Program-made: the position numbers and the translations under genes | Notes under the pieces: model-generated | Database searches by the model: none | What the model was told of the DNA's origin: nothing | What the model saw: the letters and a program-made list of their open reading frames with translations, nothing else | Shown here: positions 20,462-32,234 of the stretch, piece after piece | How positions within the stretch are numbered: the first letter of the stretch is position 1 | Layout: the number at the start of each line of letters is the position of its first letter | Origin: a virus | Lineage: Duplodnaviria; Caudoviricetes | Direction: 5' to 3' (one strand) | Length of the DNA stretch: 64,000 nt | Virus record (IMG/VR): IMGVR_UViG_3300012979_000027 | Span: 96,001-160,000 of that record

Positions 20462-22118
20462 GGATATAAGATTTGGTGGAGATGTTATTAAACGTCTCAT
20501 TAGTGGTGTAGATATTCTTGCAAAGGCAGTATCTAGTACCCTCGGTCCAGGTGGTAGAAATGTTATCTATAAAAATAACGGTTGGCCATATGTAACTAAA
20601 GATGGTGTAACCGTTGCTCGTAATATTACACTTCCTGATGAATTTGAGAACATTGGCGTTCAGATGGTTAAGGAAGTAGCAAATCGTACCTGTAAAGATG
20701 CAGGTGATGGTACAACTACTTCAGTAGTTCTTGCAAGTGCCATCTTAAAGCATGGTTTCAAATATATTGAGCATGGTGTAAATCCTATCGATATTCAGCG
20801 TGCTATAGATAAAGCAGTTCAGCATATAGTTAACTATATCGGTAAGAATATCCGTAAAGAGATTAATAATGATGCTGAGCAGATTAGAAATATCGCAACA
20901 GTTTCAGCTAACTGGGATACTGAAATTGGAACTGTTGTCGGTGATGCTATTGCAAAGGTAGGTCGTTACGGTGCGGTTCATATTGATAATTCTCGTACTT
21001 CCACAACTCGTCTGGACCTTGTAGAAGGTGTAAATTTTGATAGAGGGTTTGATGGTACTTCTCCATATTTTATTACAGATCAAATCAAGCGTAATACAGA
21101 AATGGAAAATCCTTATTTGCTTCTCTATCGAGGAACAATGAAGTCTTTCAGAAATCTTATACCGGTTCTTGAACAGACAATGAAGCAAAATGCTGAACTT
21201 CTTATCATTGCTGACAATTATGAACCTGATGTATTGTCATCTCTTGTAGCTAATAAACAAAACGGTAAGTTAAAGGTTGCAGCTATTAAGGCACCTCATT
21301 TTTCTGATTTGAGGCTTGACACAATGAATGACCTTGCTCTTGCATATGGTACTACTGTTATTGATGAACAGTTCGGTGATAAGCCGCTTGCTCAATATAG
21401 TCTTGCTGATTTAGGTCGTTGTAAAAAGGTAATTATCGATGCTAAGGGTTCTTCATTTATAGGCATCAATGTTGACCGCTCTATTGTAGATACACATATT
21501 GATAATCTTAGAGAACTTAGAGATAAAGAAGATGAAAGCTCTTTGCTTTATAATCAGCTCACGACACGTATTGCTCAGCTAACAGGCTATATCGCAACGA
21601 TTTATATTGGTGCTTCTTCTGAAATTGAGTTCGAAGAAAAATATGACCGTGTTGATGACGCTAAGAGAGCAACGAGAGCAGCTCTTGAAGAAGGTATTGT
21701 TCCCGGCGGTTCTTATTCTTATATTAAAGCGCTTCAAAGTGAAGAATTTGTGGCTATGCTAAAAAACAGAGAAAATCTTGCTGATTCTCTGGGTGCCGGA
21801 ATTATCGCATTTTCTATTTTGCAACCATTTGCAACCTTGTGTAATAATGCGGGAATCGAGTCTTCGGATTATCATTCTATTATTAAGGAGATACGTGAAA
21901 GAGAACTCGATGGAATTGGTTATAATATCAAAACCCGTAAGATAGAAAATCTTTGGGAAGCAGGTGTTATCGACCCATATAAAGTAACACGTACTGCTTT
22001 ACAAAATGCTGCTTCTGTAGCTGGTTTAATGCTTACAAGTAATGTAGTCCTAGGAGATTTTCCAGAAAATAATATTCAAAGTAGTATTCAAAATAATAAA
22101 ATTCCATCATTGTTTTAA
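20451..22118 (+). CDS. groEL: Phage-encoded chaperonin GroEL
   Basis: TLGPGGRNV, TKDGVTVA, AGDGTTT, EEGIVPGG and GVIDPYKVTR.ALQNAASVA. Confidence 0.97.
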   Translation: MKAKDIRFGGDVIKRLISGVDILAKAVSSTLGPGGRNVIYKNNGWPYVTKDGVTVARNITLPDEFENIGVQMVKEVANRTCKDAGDGTTTSVVLASAILKHGFKYIEHGVNPIDIQRAIDKAVQHIVNYIGKNIRKEINNDAEQIRNIATVSANWDTEIGTVVGDAIAKVGRYGAVHIDNSRTSTTRLDLVEGVNFDRGFDGTSPYFITDQIKRNTEMENPYLLLYRGTMKSFRNLIPVLEQTMKQNAELLIIADNYEPDVLSSLVANKQNGKLKVAAIKAPHFSDLRLDTMNDLALAYGTTVIDEQFGDKPLAQYSLADLGRCKKVIIDAKGSSFIGINVDRSIVDTHIDNLRELRDKEDESSLLYNQLTTRIAQLTGYIATIYIGASSEIEFEEKYDRVDDAKRATRAALEEGIVPGGSYSYIKALQSEEFVAMLKNRENLADSLGAGIIAFSILQPFATLCNNAGIESSDYHSIIKEIRERELDGIGYNIKTRKIENLWEAGVIDPYKVTRTALQNAASVAGLMLTSNVVLGDFPENNIQSSIQNNKIPSLF

Positions 22119-22123
22119 CAATA

Positions 22124-22151
22124 AAAAGTGGTAGCATTTGCTACCACTTTT
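22124..22151 (+). terminator. Terminator after groEL
   Basis: aaaagtggtagca / tgctaccactttt. Confidence 0.8.
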
Positions 22152-22170
22152 ATTATAATAAATAAACAAC

Positions 22171-25100
22171 GTGGCTGAGGATATTATAGTAAATGATTTT
22201 AGTAAAGTAATTAAAAGTAAAGAACTTAAATTTAATGATAATTATTATCATTTAAAAAATAATTTTATTTCAACTACTGAAGGATTTGATTATCATACTT
22301 ATAACATTTTTGATAGAGAAAAAGATATAAAATCAAATAATTTTAGCAATCTTATTTTATCCGATTTTAAAAAAAATTCAGATATTTTTTATTTTGATGA
22401 GTTTTCGGATAAAAATTTACTTAATATTATTACTCCTATAATTTTTACAGACCCATCTGGTAAAATATTTTATCTTTCAGCCGACAATAGCGAATTAAGT
22501 AATATCCCTATAATAGAATTAGTATCAGAAGATAAAATAAAGGTTAAATCCAAACAATCTTATATATTTCAAATAAAAAGTACAGACGGATATAAATGTT
22601 CTATAAGTTTTAATTCTAACGGTAAAAAATATTTTGTAATATGGACATCTGAAAGTGGTGAAAGTGGTGAAAGTAGTGAGATTATAGGAAACACCATTAT
22701 TCTAAAAGCGTCTGTTACTGATAGTGAAACAAATAGTTTTCTTTATGGCATAAAATCTAAAATAGATAATAAAACTTTGTTATCTATTTTATGTAAATTA
22801 AATGAACAATCCATTGCCAAAATTTATATTGACGAAAATTCTGAATTAAAAGGATGTAATATTGAAGATAATAAAAATCCCATAACAATTTATAATAATT
22901 ATAATAATTTACAAAATTATGTTAATAATAGCTGGGTATCATATGATAGAAAAAATAGCATTTGTGGTATAGATATTGGGTTGTCTGATATTGACATATC
23001 TAATCAATTTTTAATCCACCATGAATATACTAATGATGACGGGTTAATTAATATTATCCCTTTAAAAAATAATTTTACATATCAAGGCACTGTAACTAAT
23101 AAACCAAATAATTTAAACTATAGAACATATACATCTATTAATAGTGGTTATAATCAAGAGTATGGTACTGATAATATAACACTTAATTTTACTTTTGAAG
23201 ACCAGATTTATCATTTAAATGACGGAGAAAATATAGAAGTTTTAAATTATAAATCTCCATCCAACAGACAAAATATATTAGAAACTTTTATTCATAATGG
23301 CTCATTTGGTTCTGATGTACCATTTTTAGCAGATAAATTTAAAAAGCTTCAAAATGATAATAATTCTATTAATAATGGAGTATACCATTGTACATGGTTA
23401 TATCAGGGAGAAAACTTAAATGATAAATTAAACGGTTGGTATGATAGATATTATTATCCTGATTATGTATCTCGTTCGGAATCTTTACGTAATGACACTA
23501 AATTTAGTTATTCTTTTGAAAATAATATAGATAAAGGAATTTTACCTGAAGATAAAGAAAATGAATTAAAAAAGAAGGGTTATATAGACATAAAAACTGA
23601 ACTTAATGCTAATTCCAAAACAAATTATAGATATTCTCGTCTATCTAAAAAAATGGTAGATGAAGTATATAATAATATAGAAAATTGGAGAATCAATAAT
23701 GTAAAAAATCAGAATTCAGAAGATGAATTATTATCTAATTCTATAACGTTTGATAATAAAAAATGGTTAAAATTATATTCTGATAAGCTTAAAACAGCAA
23801 ATGCTATACATTTTAATACAAATCTTTATTTAAGTCCATATAAAAAAATGGGTATTCAACTTTTTGGATATGAATATAATAAAGGATTTAATATTCAAAA
23901 TAGAAAGGATTTGGTACCATTTTTATATTATTCCTCAGAAGAAAGTGTTTATTTTTTAAATAATAAGTTTGAAATATGTAATCAATTTAATGTTTATAAA
24001 AGTTTCGATGATAAAATAAAAAATATTATAATCGGAGAGCCGTTTGATGATTTATATATTTTAACTGATAATTCTTTATTAATTTTAGAATACGATTTAA
24101 AATTAAAAAAAGAAATAAACATTAAAAATGATTTAATAGAAAATATAAAAACTCAAACTAATATTGAAATAACTTGTGATAATATTTTATCATCTAATAT
24201 ATTTTCGTACAAAGATGAACTTTATTTTTTTGTAAATCAAAATTTAATAAAAATATCATTTAAAGGAAATACTATAAATGTTGAAAAAATAACAGAAAAT
24301 GTTTATAAATCTTTTTTAGGGGATAATGACATTAAAAATATTTTATTCAGCAATTCCAATATATTTCTTTTTGACTATGATATTTTAAAGTTATCACATG
24401 ACGGAAATATGATATATGGTATAATATCCAAAAATAATGATGAAGAGGAAGAAAATAAAATATATCATATCTATTCTGATACTTTAGAAAAAGTAGAAGA
24501 AAATTCTAATAATTCTTCTAATACAATTTCTAGGATTAAAGAATTTTCTTCTAAAACTTCAATAGATAATATTGCTTTAGGAGATAAAGGTTATTTTGCC
24601 TTGCTTAGGGGCTTTGAAAAAGGTAAAAAATCGTTAGAAATATATGATAGTTCTAAAACTAAAATTTTTAATTATCCTCTTGATGATTATAAAAAAATTA
24701 TATCTTTAGATTTTTATAGATATATTGATTCTAATTTTATTGAGCAAGACTCCTTTGTTGCATTATTATCGCTTTATGATTATGTAATAGCAGTCGAATA
24801 TAGAATTAACGAAGATAGAATTATTATTCATAATACAGCTTTACCAAATAATATAGCTCCTTTATTTAAAAATATAACCAATTCTAATTCTTTTATCAAT
24901 AAATTATCTGAAAATAAACTATATTTTAATTTTTTCTCTAATGACGAAAAATTAACAAATTATTCATTAGATTTATTTGATATTCAAGAGGGGTGGTATA
25001 ATATAGATATAAGAATAGATGTTACTAAGGGCGTATTTAAAATTAGGATAAATGATGATTTAAAAGATGAGTTAACATTTACTCCAATCGATAATTATAG

Positions 25101-25536
25101 AAATAGTAATATATTTGACGGAATTTATTATTTTGGTACTATTGGTAAAAGATATGGAGCCACTTTAAACGAAATATTAAATGGAAAATATACTAATGAC
25201 CCCTATGCTTTAAATGAAGTACACACCGAAAATACTACTTTTTATAATAAAATATTATCTCATTATGAATATCAGGCTAATAGACTTTATTTTACTAAAA
25301 TAAATCCTTTAGTTTTAACATTACCTATTAATAAAAGAAATTGTGTTGAAGAAATTATTCGATATTTTAAATTTAATTATCCAGGTTCAGCTACAAATAA
25401 AATAAAAATAAATATTGAAGGATTAGATGAACATATTAAATCAAAGAGCGAAAAAGCTGCATTAAAAGAGCTTATAAAAGATAGTATTTTAAATAATGAT
25501 TGCATTATAAATGTTAAAGAAATAGAATTTATCTAA
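22171..25536 (+). CDS. Large virion (baseplate/tail-associated) protein
   Basis: 1121 aa, GTG start with TAAATA; beta-rich, with a LamG-like GWYNIDIRID..KGVFKIRIND segment. Confidence 0.65.
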   Translation: MAEDIIVNDFSKVIKSKELKFNDNYYHLKNNFISTTEGFDYHTYNIFDREKDIKSNNFSNLILSDFKKNSDIFYFDEFSDKNLLNIITPIIFTDPSGKIFYLSADNSELSNIPIIELVSEDKIKVKSKQSYIFQIKSTDGYKCSISFNSNGKKYFVIWTSESGESGESSEIIGNTIILKASVTDSETNSFLYGIKSKIDNKTLLSILCKLNEQSIAKIYIDENSELKGCNIEDNKNPITIYNNYNNLQNYVNNSWVSYDRKNSICGIDIGLSDIDISNQFLIHHEYTNDDGLINIIPLKNNFTYQGTVTNKPNNLNYRTYTSINSGYNQEYGTDNITLNFTFEDQIYHLNDGENIEVLNYKSPSNRQNILETFIHNGSFGSDVPFLADKFKKLQNDNNSINNGVYHCTWLYQGENLNDKLNGWYDRYYYPDYVSRSESLRNDTKFSYSFENNIDKGILPEDKENELKKKGYIDIKTELNANSKTNYRYSRLSKKMVDEVYNNIENWRINNVKNQNSEDELLSNSITFDNKKWLKLYSDKLKTANAIHFNTNLYLSPYKKMGIQLFGYEYNKGFNIQNRKDLVPFLYYSSEESVYFLNNKFEICNQFNVYKSFDDKIKNIIIGEPFDDLYILTDNSLLILEYDLKLKKEINIKNDLIENIKTQTNIEITCDNILSSNIFSYKDELYFFVNQNLIKISFKGNTINVEKITENVYKSFLGDNDIKNILFSNSNIFLFDYDILKLSHDGNMIYGIISKNNDEEEENKIYHIYSDTLEKVEENSNNSSNTISRIKEFSSKTSIDNIALGDKGYFALLRGFEKGKKSLEIYDSSKTKIFNYPLDDYKKIISLDFYRYIDSNFIEQDSFVALLSLYDYVIAVEYRINEDRIIIHNTALPNNIAPLFKNITNSNSFINKLSENKLYFNFFSNDEKLTNYSLDLFDIQEGWYNIDIRIDVTKGVFKIRINDDLKDELTFTPIDNYRNSNIFDGIYYFGTIGKRYGATLNEILNGKYTNDPYALNEVHTENTTFYNKILSHYEYQANRLYFTKINPLVLTLPINKRNCVEEIIRYFKFNYPGSATNKIKINIEGLDEHIKSKSEKAALKELIKDSILNNDCIINVKEIEFI

Positions 25537-25537
25537 T

Positions 25538-28500
25538 ATGAATTTTGATAAAAAATATTGGAGTGTTAACGAATATACTAAAAATAATAATGATTTTAGC
25601 GGCTTTGTAGGAATATCAGATAATAAGGTCTATGATTATCTTACAAAATTACCGTTAGAATCTAAAAATATGTATTTAGAACGCATAAACAATTCTAAAG
25701 ATAATTTTGATAGAATATTATTACAAGATTTAAAGCTTCCTTATGAAAAAAAGGATATACTTTTTTCGGCTAATGATTTTGTTCATGCAAATACTTTAGA
25801 AATTATTATAAATCGTTTACATGCTAATAATGATTATATTTTTAAAAATAGTATAATTAGTAATAGTTCTTTACCTGTTGCTTCCAACTATATATCATTA
25901 GTTCCCGATGCTGATGGCTTAAAAAGCCAATACTTAAATAAAGATAAAAAAAATGTATTTGAACCTAATTATAATTTTTATCCAAATACAAAAACATTTA
26001 ATTCATATTTTGCTAAAACTAAGTTTAATAAAGATACAGAAACTATAAGTTCCGAAATCTTATTTAAAGAACCAGATAAACCTAAAAAATCATATCCAGA
26101 AGATGATGAAGAAGATAGAGGGTTAGAAGGTAAAGATTTATGGTTAAAAATTAATAGGCTTGAAACAATTAATGATGATACTGATTTTATAATAGCCGGT
26201 GATTTACCCACTGAGACGGAACCAATACCTGAAAATTATAATAATATTATCATATATAACAATATTATAGGAAAAATAAATTTTTTAAGCCATGAATCTG
26301 ATAATGAAATATTTACTGTAGGAACACCTGCCATTAGTAATCTTTTAAATGACTTAACAGACTCTAGCTCTTATATTAGAATAAATTCTATATCATTTAT
26401 TTCTGAAAATGAAATTTCAAATGACATTATTTTATCTATAGATGAAGAAGAATCATCTAGTAAAGATTCTATTAATATAAAAAATAATTATTTTTTAAAT
26501 AAGTATTTTTTTGCAAAAGATATTACAGAAGATAATATAACTGATAAAAATGAAATTACTTTTACACTAAATTTTAAAGGGGTCTTAGATAATGCTAAAA
26601 TAGCGTATGATGAAAATAATAAAATTAGAATAATTGTTGAATTTGAATTGATATCAGATGAAGATGATTATATAACTAAAATTAAAGATTATTATTATAT
26701 TTCAGACATAATAAGAAGTTGTTCTTATGGTTTTTATTGGTCAGATGAACGGTGGAGAGCCAAGAAAGGCAAAACCTGAATGGACTTATAAATTTTTAAA
26801 AGAAACTCCTGAATGGAAAAGTGCGAAAAACCCTCAATTATTATATAATGTATCTTATCTAACCGATTTAGAATCAAATTCTAATTCATTAAGCATCGTA
26901 GACAATAAATTTATTTTAGACGATACGATGACTGCACGAGATGTATATTCTCATATGATTAATAATATAGGATGTAATTTTCCAATATTATATAGAACAA
27001 TTGAATATAAAAATAATGGCAAAATTAAAAATCCATATTATAAAGAAATAAACTACCTTATCGAAAAATATGATATAAAGGAAGATGAGTCAAATGGATT
27101 AGAAATTGTAAATGGATTCAAAACACCTGAAGAAATCTATATGGATTTGGATATAGAAAATAATAATTATGACAAAATACCAATTATTAATAAAATAGAA
27201 CATATAAAAAATGATATTAGCGAAATAAAATATAATTTTACTGAAATAACTTCTGCAGAAATTAAAATTTTAGATGTAGCTCTACCAGATATAAAAGCAT
27301 TAATATTTTTGGCATTTAAAGATAAAATTATTATTTTTAAAATAACATATAATATTTCTGAAAATAATGAAATTTCTCATATTAATTTAGATGAAAATTC
27401 AATTTTAATACTAAAAAATATAAATCCTCAAGATAAAACGTCTTTAAAGTTTTTAAATTTAAATGCTATTAAAATATATAAAAATAATTTATATGTAGTT
27501 GATAGCGAATTAAATATGATATTAAGATATAATATTAGTCATCTAAGTTTAGAGTCTGAAAATTTTAATAACGAGCTTCAACTTCTTGATAGTTTACAAG
27601 GTCTAGGTAATTTATATGATAAAATATATTTTAATAATCCATACTCATTAGGCGTTTCTGATGAATATATCTTAGTAGTAGACCGTAATAATAATTGTAT
27701 TAAAAAATACACTTCTTCACTGAATTTTGTGAAAACAATTAAAAACGGATTTTTCTCTTCACATTCAATACAGGCCGTAGGTATAAATCCGTATCCCTGT
27801 ATTATAAATGATACAAATATTGAAAAAGATTCAATATGGATTGTAAGCAGCCATAATAATCGTATATTTTTATCAATCTTAAATGATGATATTGTAAAAA
27901 CTTATGGACAAATAAATGATATTAGTTTACTAGAAAATAATTATTTTTTCAAAGAAGAAATAAGAGGAATAGATTTTTCCAAAGTCCATTCTAATTATTT
28001 TTATATTAATACTAGTAAAAGCATATACAAATTTTATGTTTCTAAACCATTTTATCCAATAGGTTCTTTAAATTATTTTCATTTTAACAACCCTGTTCAG
28101 ACTGAAACAGAAAATGAAATTAATTCAGAAATTTCTGAAAACAAATGTTTTACTTTAGTTGGAGACGATTCGATACAAGGTGATATTATTTTTAATTTTA
28201 ATATAATATATGATTACGGAAAATTAATAAATTATATAGATGATAATAATATTTCTTTTAATGATGTTATCCCTGGAATACTTACAGGAATGATAAAATC
28301 TGCGAATATGCTATTTTATATTGAACCAGTGGAATATCTTTCAAGCTTAATAGATGACTCGTTGATAGCATTAAAAGAATTTAATTTTAATACAAATATT
28401 AAGAATGATTATATAAATGCTTTATCTTTTAATAAAATTTTATATCCATTAGTATATAATTTGTTTAAAATTAAAACTTCTTTAATAGGTATATTTGAAG

Positions 28501-28736
28501 CTGTACCTAATAAAGATAATGTTATAGTTTTTAATGGAATAGATTTTTATGATTATTTTTATAATTTAAAATCTAAAAATATTAAAGATTATTTCATTTA
28601 TAATACTGAGCATTTTAGTATTATTATAAATCGTGTGTTTGAAAATATATATGATTTACAAGAAAAAATAATTAATAAAATGCAAACTAAATTTACATTA
28701 CATGGAAATACACAAACATATGAAAAAATAATATAA
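25538..28736 (+). CDS. Large virion protein with NHL/beta-propeller repeats, about 1065 aa, requiring a +1 shift at CGG 26750
   Basis: ORFs 25538..26779 and 26727..28736 join as SDE-[c]-GGEPRK; LYVVDSELNMILRY and FNNPYSLGV...VVDRNNNCIKKY are NHL-like blades. Confidence 0.65.
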
Positions 28737-28747
28737 AAATGGTCAAT

Positions 28748-29033
28748 TTAATTGACCATTTTGCTTTCATATTGTATATCGTATAACATTGCTTCAAAAC
28801 GCTCTTTGATATATTTTATAAGTCCTTTATCGACTTTTTTAATATATTTTTTTGACTCTATTTCGCTAATTGGTATACCCATATCTTCAAATTTCTGATA
28901 GATAAAATCTATACCCTCTACTAAACACATCCATCTAGCTAATTCTTCATCGCTCAAACTTTCAAGAATTATCTCCGTTCCGGCCGTAATGACGACTTAC
29001 AATATCATTAGTTATTTCATTCTTTGTTTTCAT
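28748..29033 (-). CDS. 94-aa hypothetical protein requiring a +1 shift at CGG 28982
   Basis: MKTKNEITNDIVSRHYG-[c]-GTEIILESLSDEELARW...; the ATG overlaps the end of the upstream gene. Confidence 0.6.
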
Positions 29034-29640
29034 TTAGACGCTTTTCGATTAAGTCAGCAAACTGTTCATCAGAAACTGCTCTACCGACTAAAATCGGATT
29101 TGCGTTTATTGCGATTCTATATTTTGACCCACACTTTGGACAAATGAATGTATTTTCCTTTGAAAAATCAATTGCAACAGGAATTAGGTCTCGAGAGCAA
29201 GAGCAGGAAAAGGTAAGAATATTTTTCATTGCCAACTCTTCGGCATGATTCTTCATAGCGACATCAACCTTTTCTAATTCTGCGAAGAGTTCGTTCTTAA
29301 CTTCCTCACAAGCATTATTATAATCTTGTTCTAAATTATTTGCAAGTAAATTATACTTTTCTTTATATTTTTCTTCTATTTCTTGCGTCTTTTTATTAAG
29401 AGAATTAGAAAATTTTAACTGATATTTCTTTCTAATAGAATTTATTTCACTAGAATGTTTATTTTCTAATTTACGTACTAAAATTTCTATTTTTTCTGTC
29501 ATTTCTTTATCAAAAGCCACTAAATCAGCTTCTGCTTTATTAGAAATGTCAAGATAATTCCAATATTTAGAACGATAATATACTAAACCGGTAAGCAAAC
29601 CAGCTACACAAGCTAATAATAAAGTAAGAGTTACGATCAT
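29017..29640 (-). CDS. Membrane-anchored coiled-coil protein with C-terminal zinc ribbon
   Basis: N-terminal TM helix, coiled coil, CSC...CPKC. Confidence 0.7.
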   Translation of the reverse strand: MIVTLTLLLACVAGLLTGLVYYRSKYWNYLDISNKAEADLVAFDKEMTEKIEILVRKLENKHSSEINSIRKKYQLKFSNSLNKKTQEIEEKYKEKYNLLANNLEQDYNNACEEVKNELFAELEKVDVAMKNHAEELAMKNILTFSCSCSRDLIPVAIDFSKENTFICPKCGSKYRIAINANPILVGRAVSDEQFADLIEKRLNENKE

Positions 29641-29643
29641 ATT

Positions 29644-30072
29644 TTATTTTTCTTTAACGATTTTCATTCCAAAAGTATCTTCCGGAGCTTCTTCCTTAGT
29701 TGCTCCGAGAGTATCTAACTCATCAAGAACTTCTGTACTTATTATATCGTTAATTTTATCCAACTTCTTAGCTAAATTTTTAATAATTGAGGATTGTTTC
29801 TTATTAATAAGAGGTTGAGAAAGTTGAGTCTCTAAGAATTCTCTAATATATGTAATCTGCTTAAAAAGGTCAACAAAGAGAGGTTCTAACTTATCCAATT
29901 CACCAAACATTTTCTGGCGTTCATAAAAGTTATTAATTTCCATTGCCTTATTAAGCAAATATCGTTGGTTCATCTGAGGAGTAGCATCCTGAACAAAACC
30001 TTTATCTCTACGCACCTTATAAGGACTATTATTTCTCAATGTACTAAACTCTTCGTTAATACGTTTTCTCAT
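29644..30072 (-). CDS. Hypothetical late protein (probable start MRKRINEE)
   Basis: TAAATA 8 nt upstream of the ATG at 30072. Confidence 0.65.
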   Translation of the reverse strand: MRKRINEEFSTLRNNSPYKVRRDKGFVQDATPQMNQRYLLNKAMEINNFYERQKMFGELDKLEPLFVDLFKQITYIREFLETQLSQPLINKKQSSIIKNLAKKLDKINDIISTEVLDELDTLGATKEEAPEDTFGMKIVKEK

Positions 30073-30125
30073 GATATCTATATTTATTTTCAATTTTAAA
30101 TGACTTAACATTAAATAAAAATATC

Positions 30126-30599
30126 ATGGCAAGAAATCTTTTTAAAGAATCCTTTAAAGCTACATTAGATAAAACTCTCCGTCCTGTAAATGAAGCTGAT
30201 TTAGCCGAAGAAATGCAAGGTGAACTCGGTGCAGAGAACCTTGATACAACCCAGGCTGAATTCGAATCGCAACTTGCGGATGATGTTGATAGCATTGACC
30301 CTAATAACTATAACCGTGAAGAACAAAGACTCCAGGCGCACCTTAAGAAACGTGCACAAGAGAATAATGAGCTTCTTTCTCAATGGGTTTCTACTATCGA
30401 TGATTTCACATCTTTTGTAAACGACCCAAATCGCGATGACTCTATCAAGAACATTATTGAACGTGCAATGCCAGGTTCCGTTCTTGAGAAGATTAAGAAG
30501 TCTGAAGCACGTCGTCTCACTCGTGTTTCCACTGAAGCTGCAGCTCTTTCACAGGCTCTTAAGTCTTATATCGGTGGTATTCAAGCAGGAGAAGAATAA
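30126..30599 (+). CDS. Hypothetical late (head-associated?) protein
   Basis: TAAATA at 30112-30117; acidic N-terminal half. Confidence 0.7.
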   Translation: MARNLFKESFKATLDKTLRPVNEADLAEEMQGELGAENLDTTQAEFESQLADDVDSIDPNNYNREEQRLQAHLKKRAQENNELLSQWVSTIDDFTSFVNDPNRDDSIKNIIERAMPGSVLEKIKKSEARRLTRVSTEAAALSQALKSYIGGIQAGEE

Positions 30600-31129
30600 T
30601 GATGGTATATAATGAAGAAAACATTAAAAAACTTATAGTTAAAGAGTTTATTGATTATCTTGACCTTAAAGTCAGAAAATTTATAGATTCTTGCGACGAA
30701 ATAAGTGAGGGGGATGAGTGGGTATTTTCTGCTCAGGAAACACTTATTAATTTTGATGAATTTAAAGAAAATTTTGATAAAAATTCTTTCTCATTGTTCT
30801 TCAATTCTTATAAAAACTTACTCCAAATTGCTTATAGACAATTTCCAAATCCTTGGAAAAGAATAGCTTGGACACGCTTACGTCATATGGATAAAATTAC
30901 TGATAAATTTAATTCCATTTATGAGCGTTTACATAGAAAACCATCTGAGTCTAAAAAAGAAAAAGGTTCCAACTTACCTGAAGATATGGGTGGAACTAAG
31001 GTTCGCAAAAGACCAGATAATGGTCAAGGCGATTCCCGAGACAATGATGAATTCCGTTCTAGCGGTTATCAAGAAGATGATAATAATGAATGGCTAAATC
31101 GATATGATGGTTACCAAGGAGGTTGGTAA
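30599..31129 (+). CDS. Hypothetical protein
   Basis: 176-aa ORF coupled to the upstream stop. Confidence 0.65.
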   Translation: MMVYNEENIKKLIVKEFIDYLDLKVRKFIDSCDEISEGDEWVFSAQETLINFDEFKENFDKNSFSLFFNSYKNLLQIAYRQFPNPWKRIAWTRLRHMDKITDKFNSIYERLHRKPSESKKEKGSNLPEDMGGTKVRKRPDNGQGDSRDNDEFRSSGYQEDDNNEWLNRYDGYQGGW

Positions 31130-31136
31130 AAAATTT

Positions 31137-31162
31137 AAAACCGCTGATTTTTCAGCGGTTTT
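31137..31162. terminator. Bidirectional terminator between convergent genes
   Basis: aaaaccgctga..tcagcggtttt. Confidence 0.75.
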
Positions 31163-32234
31163 TCATTAATAGCTTATACTTTAATAGACCAGCTTCACCT
31201 GATAGCGTATTATTGATTATACATTCCTTTGGAACTTCATTTTGTTTACCTGCCATACACATTTCATTAAAGTCTTTAAAACGCTTTCCAACTTTCTCTG
31301 GCCATACAAATACTGATTCACCATTCTCTAATAAGATTCGTGTCTTTTCGTAACTTGCATCATCAAGCCACTGTGAATCAAGAACCCAAATAAAACGATG
31401 ATTTAATCTATAAACATCTAGCTGCTCTTCTTGAATATCGGTTAAAGATTTTTCGCGAGAAGGAGTAATACCACCTACTGCCACCCCATTTTTAACAAAG
31501 CAAGAATCAATTGGTCCTTCAAATAAAAATATTTCTTCTATCTCATCATCAACTTTATCAATATTAAAAATACTTTTTTGCGCATTCTTTTTGGAAAGAT
31601 ACTTTACATCTTCCATAAAATCATCAATATTAGCTCCAATCGCTCGAGATTGATAAAATATTACTTTACCGCTATTATCATAAAAAGGAATCACCAGACG
31701 ATTCTTATGAGTCCTATCCTTAAGAGATATATAGAAAGTCTTCGGACGATTAATCGCAGTATTCAGACGTCTTTTCGTAATATATTTTAAGGCTTTATCT
31801 ATCACTGAATTACCTTTATAGTATTCAAGCTGAAGTTTGTTTGATAAATCAATAATACTTTCAGGAAGAGTTTCATCGGTTTCCATTTTGATGAGATTAT
31901 CCAAACTGAAATCTTCTTTACGCTTATCTAAATTAATAATATTATACTCACCCTCACTCAGTTCTTGGCGTATATCATCATATGATAAATCTCCTGCTTG
32001 CATAATCCACTTCATCGGGCGAGAAGACCAACCACAATTATGGCAGTATATTAAATTTTTAGATGGAATATACCAACAGCGCTTTTTCTTCCCAAATGAT
32101 TTACCCTCTAAACATATAGGACATGAGCAATGATATGTATCATTGCTCTTTTGATAATCTACACCATATCCGAACTCGTAAAACTTTTTTATTACGTAAT
32201 CTTTAGGAAGATTGGAAAATGTCGAAGTAATCAT
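31152..32234 (-). CDS. DNA primase (gp61-like)
   Basis: CPIC...CHNC zinc finger, RLVIPFYD and FEGPIDSCF TOPRIM motif; probable start MITST. Confidence 0.93.
   Translation of the reverse strand: MITSTFSNLPKDYVIKKFYEFGYGVDYQKSNDTYHCSCPICLEGKSFGKKKRCWYIPSKNLIYCHNCGWSSRPMKWIMQAGDLSYDDIRQELSEGEYNIINLDKRKEDFSLDNLIKMETDETLPESIIDLSNKLQLEYYKGNSVIDKALKYITKRRLNTAINRPKTFYISLKDRTHKNRLVIPFYDNSGKVIFYQSRAIGANIDDFMEDVKYLSKKNAQKSIFNIDKVDDEIEEIFLFEGPIDSCFVKNGVAVGGITPSREKSLTDIQEEQLDVYRLNHRFIWVLDSQWLDDASYEKTRILLENGESVFVWPEKVGKRFKDFNEMCMAGKQNEVPKECIINNTLSGEAGLLKYKLLMKNR

Noticed and set aside
22651-22680. 9-bp tandem repeat (ESG)n
   Set aside because: Short in-frame low-complexity linker with no evidence of function.
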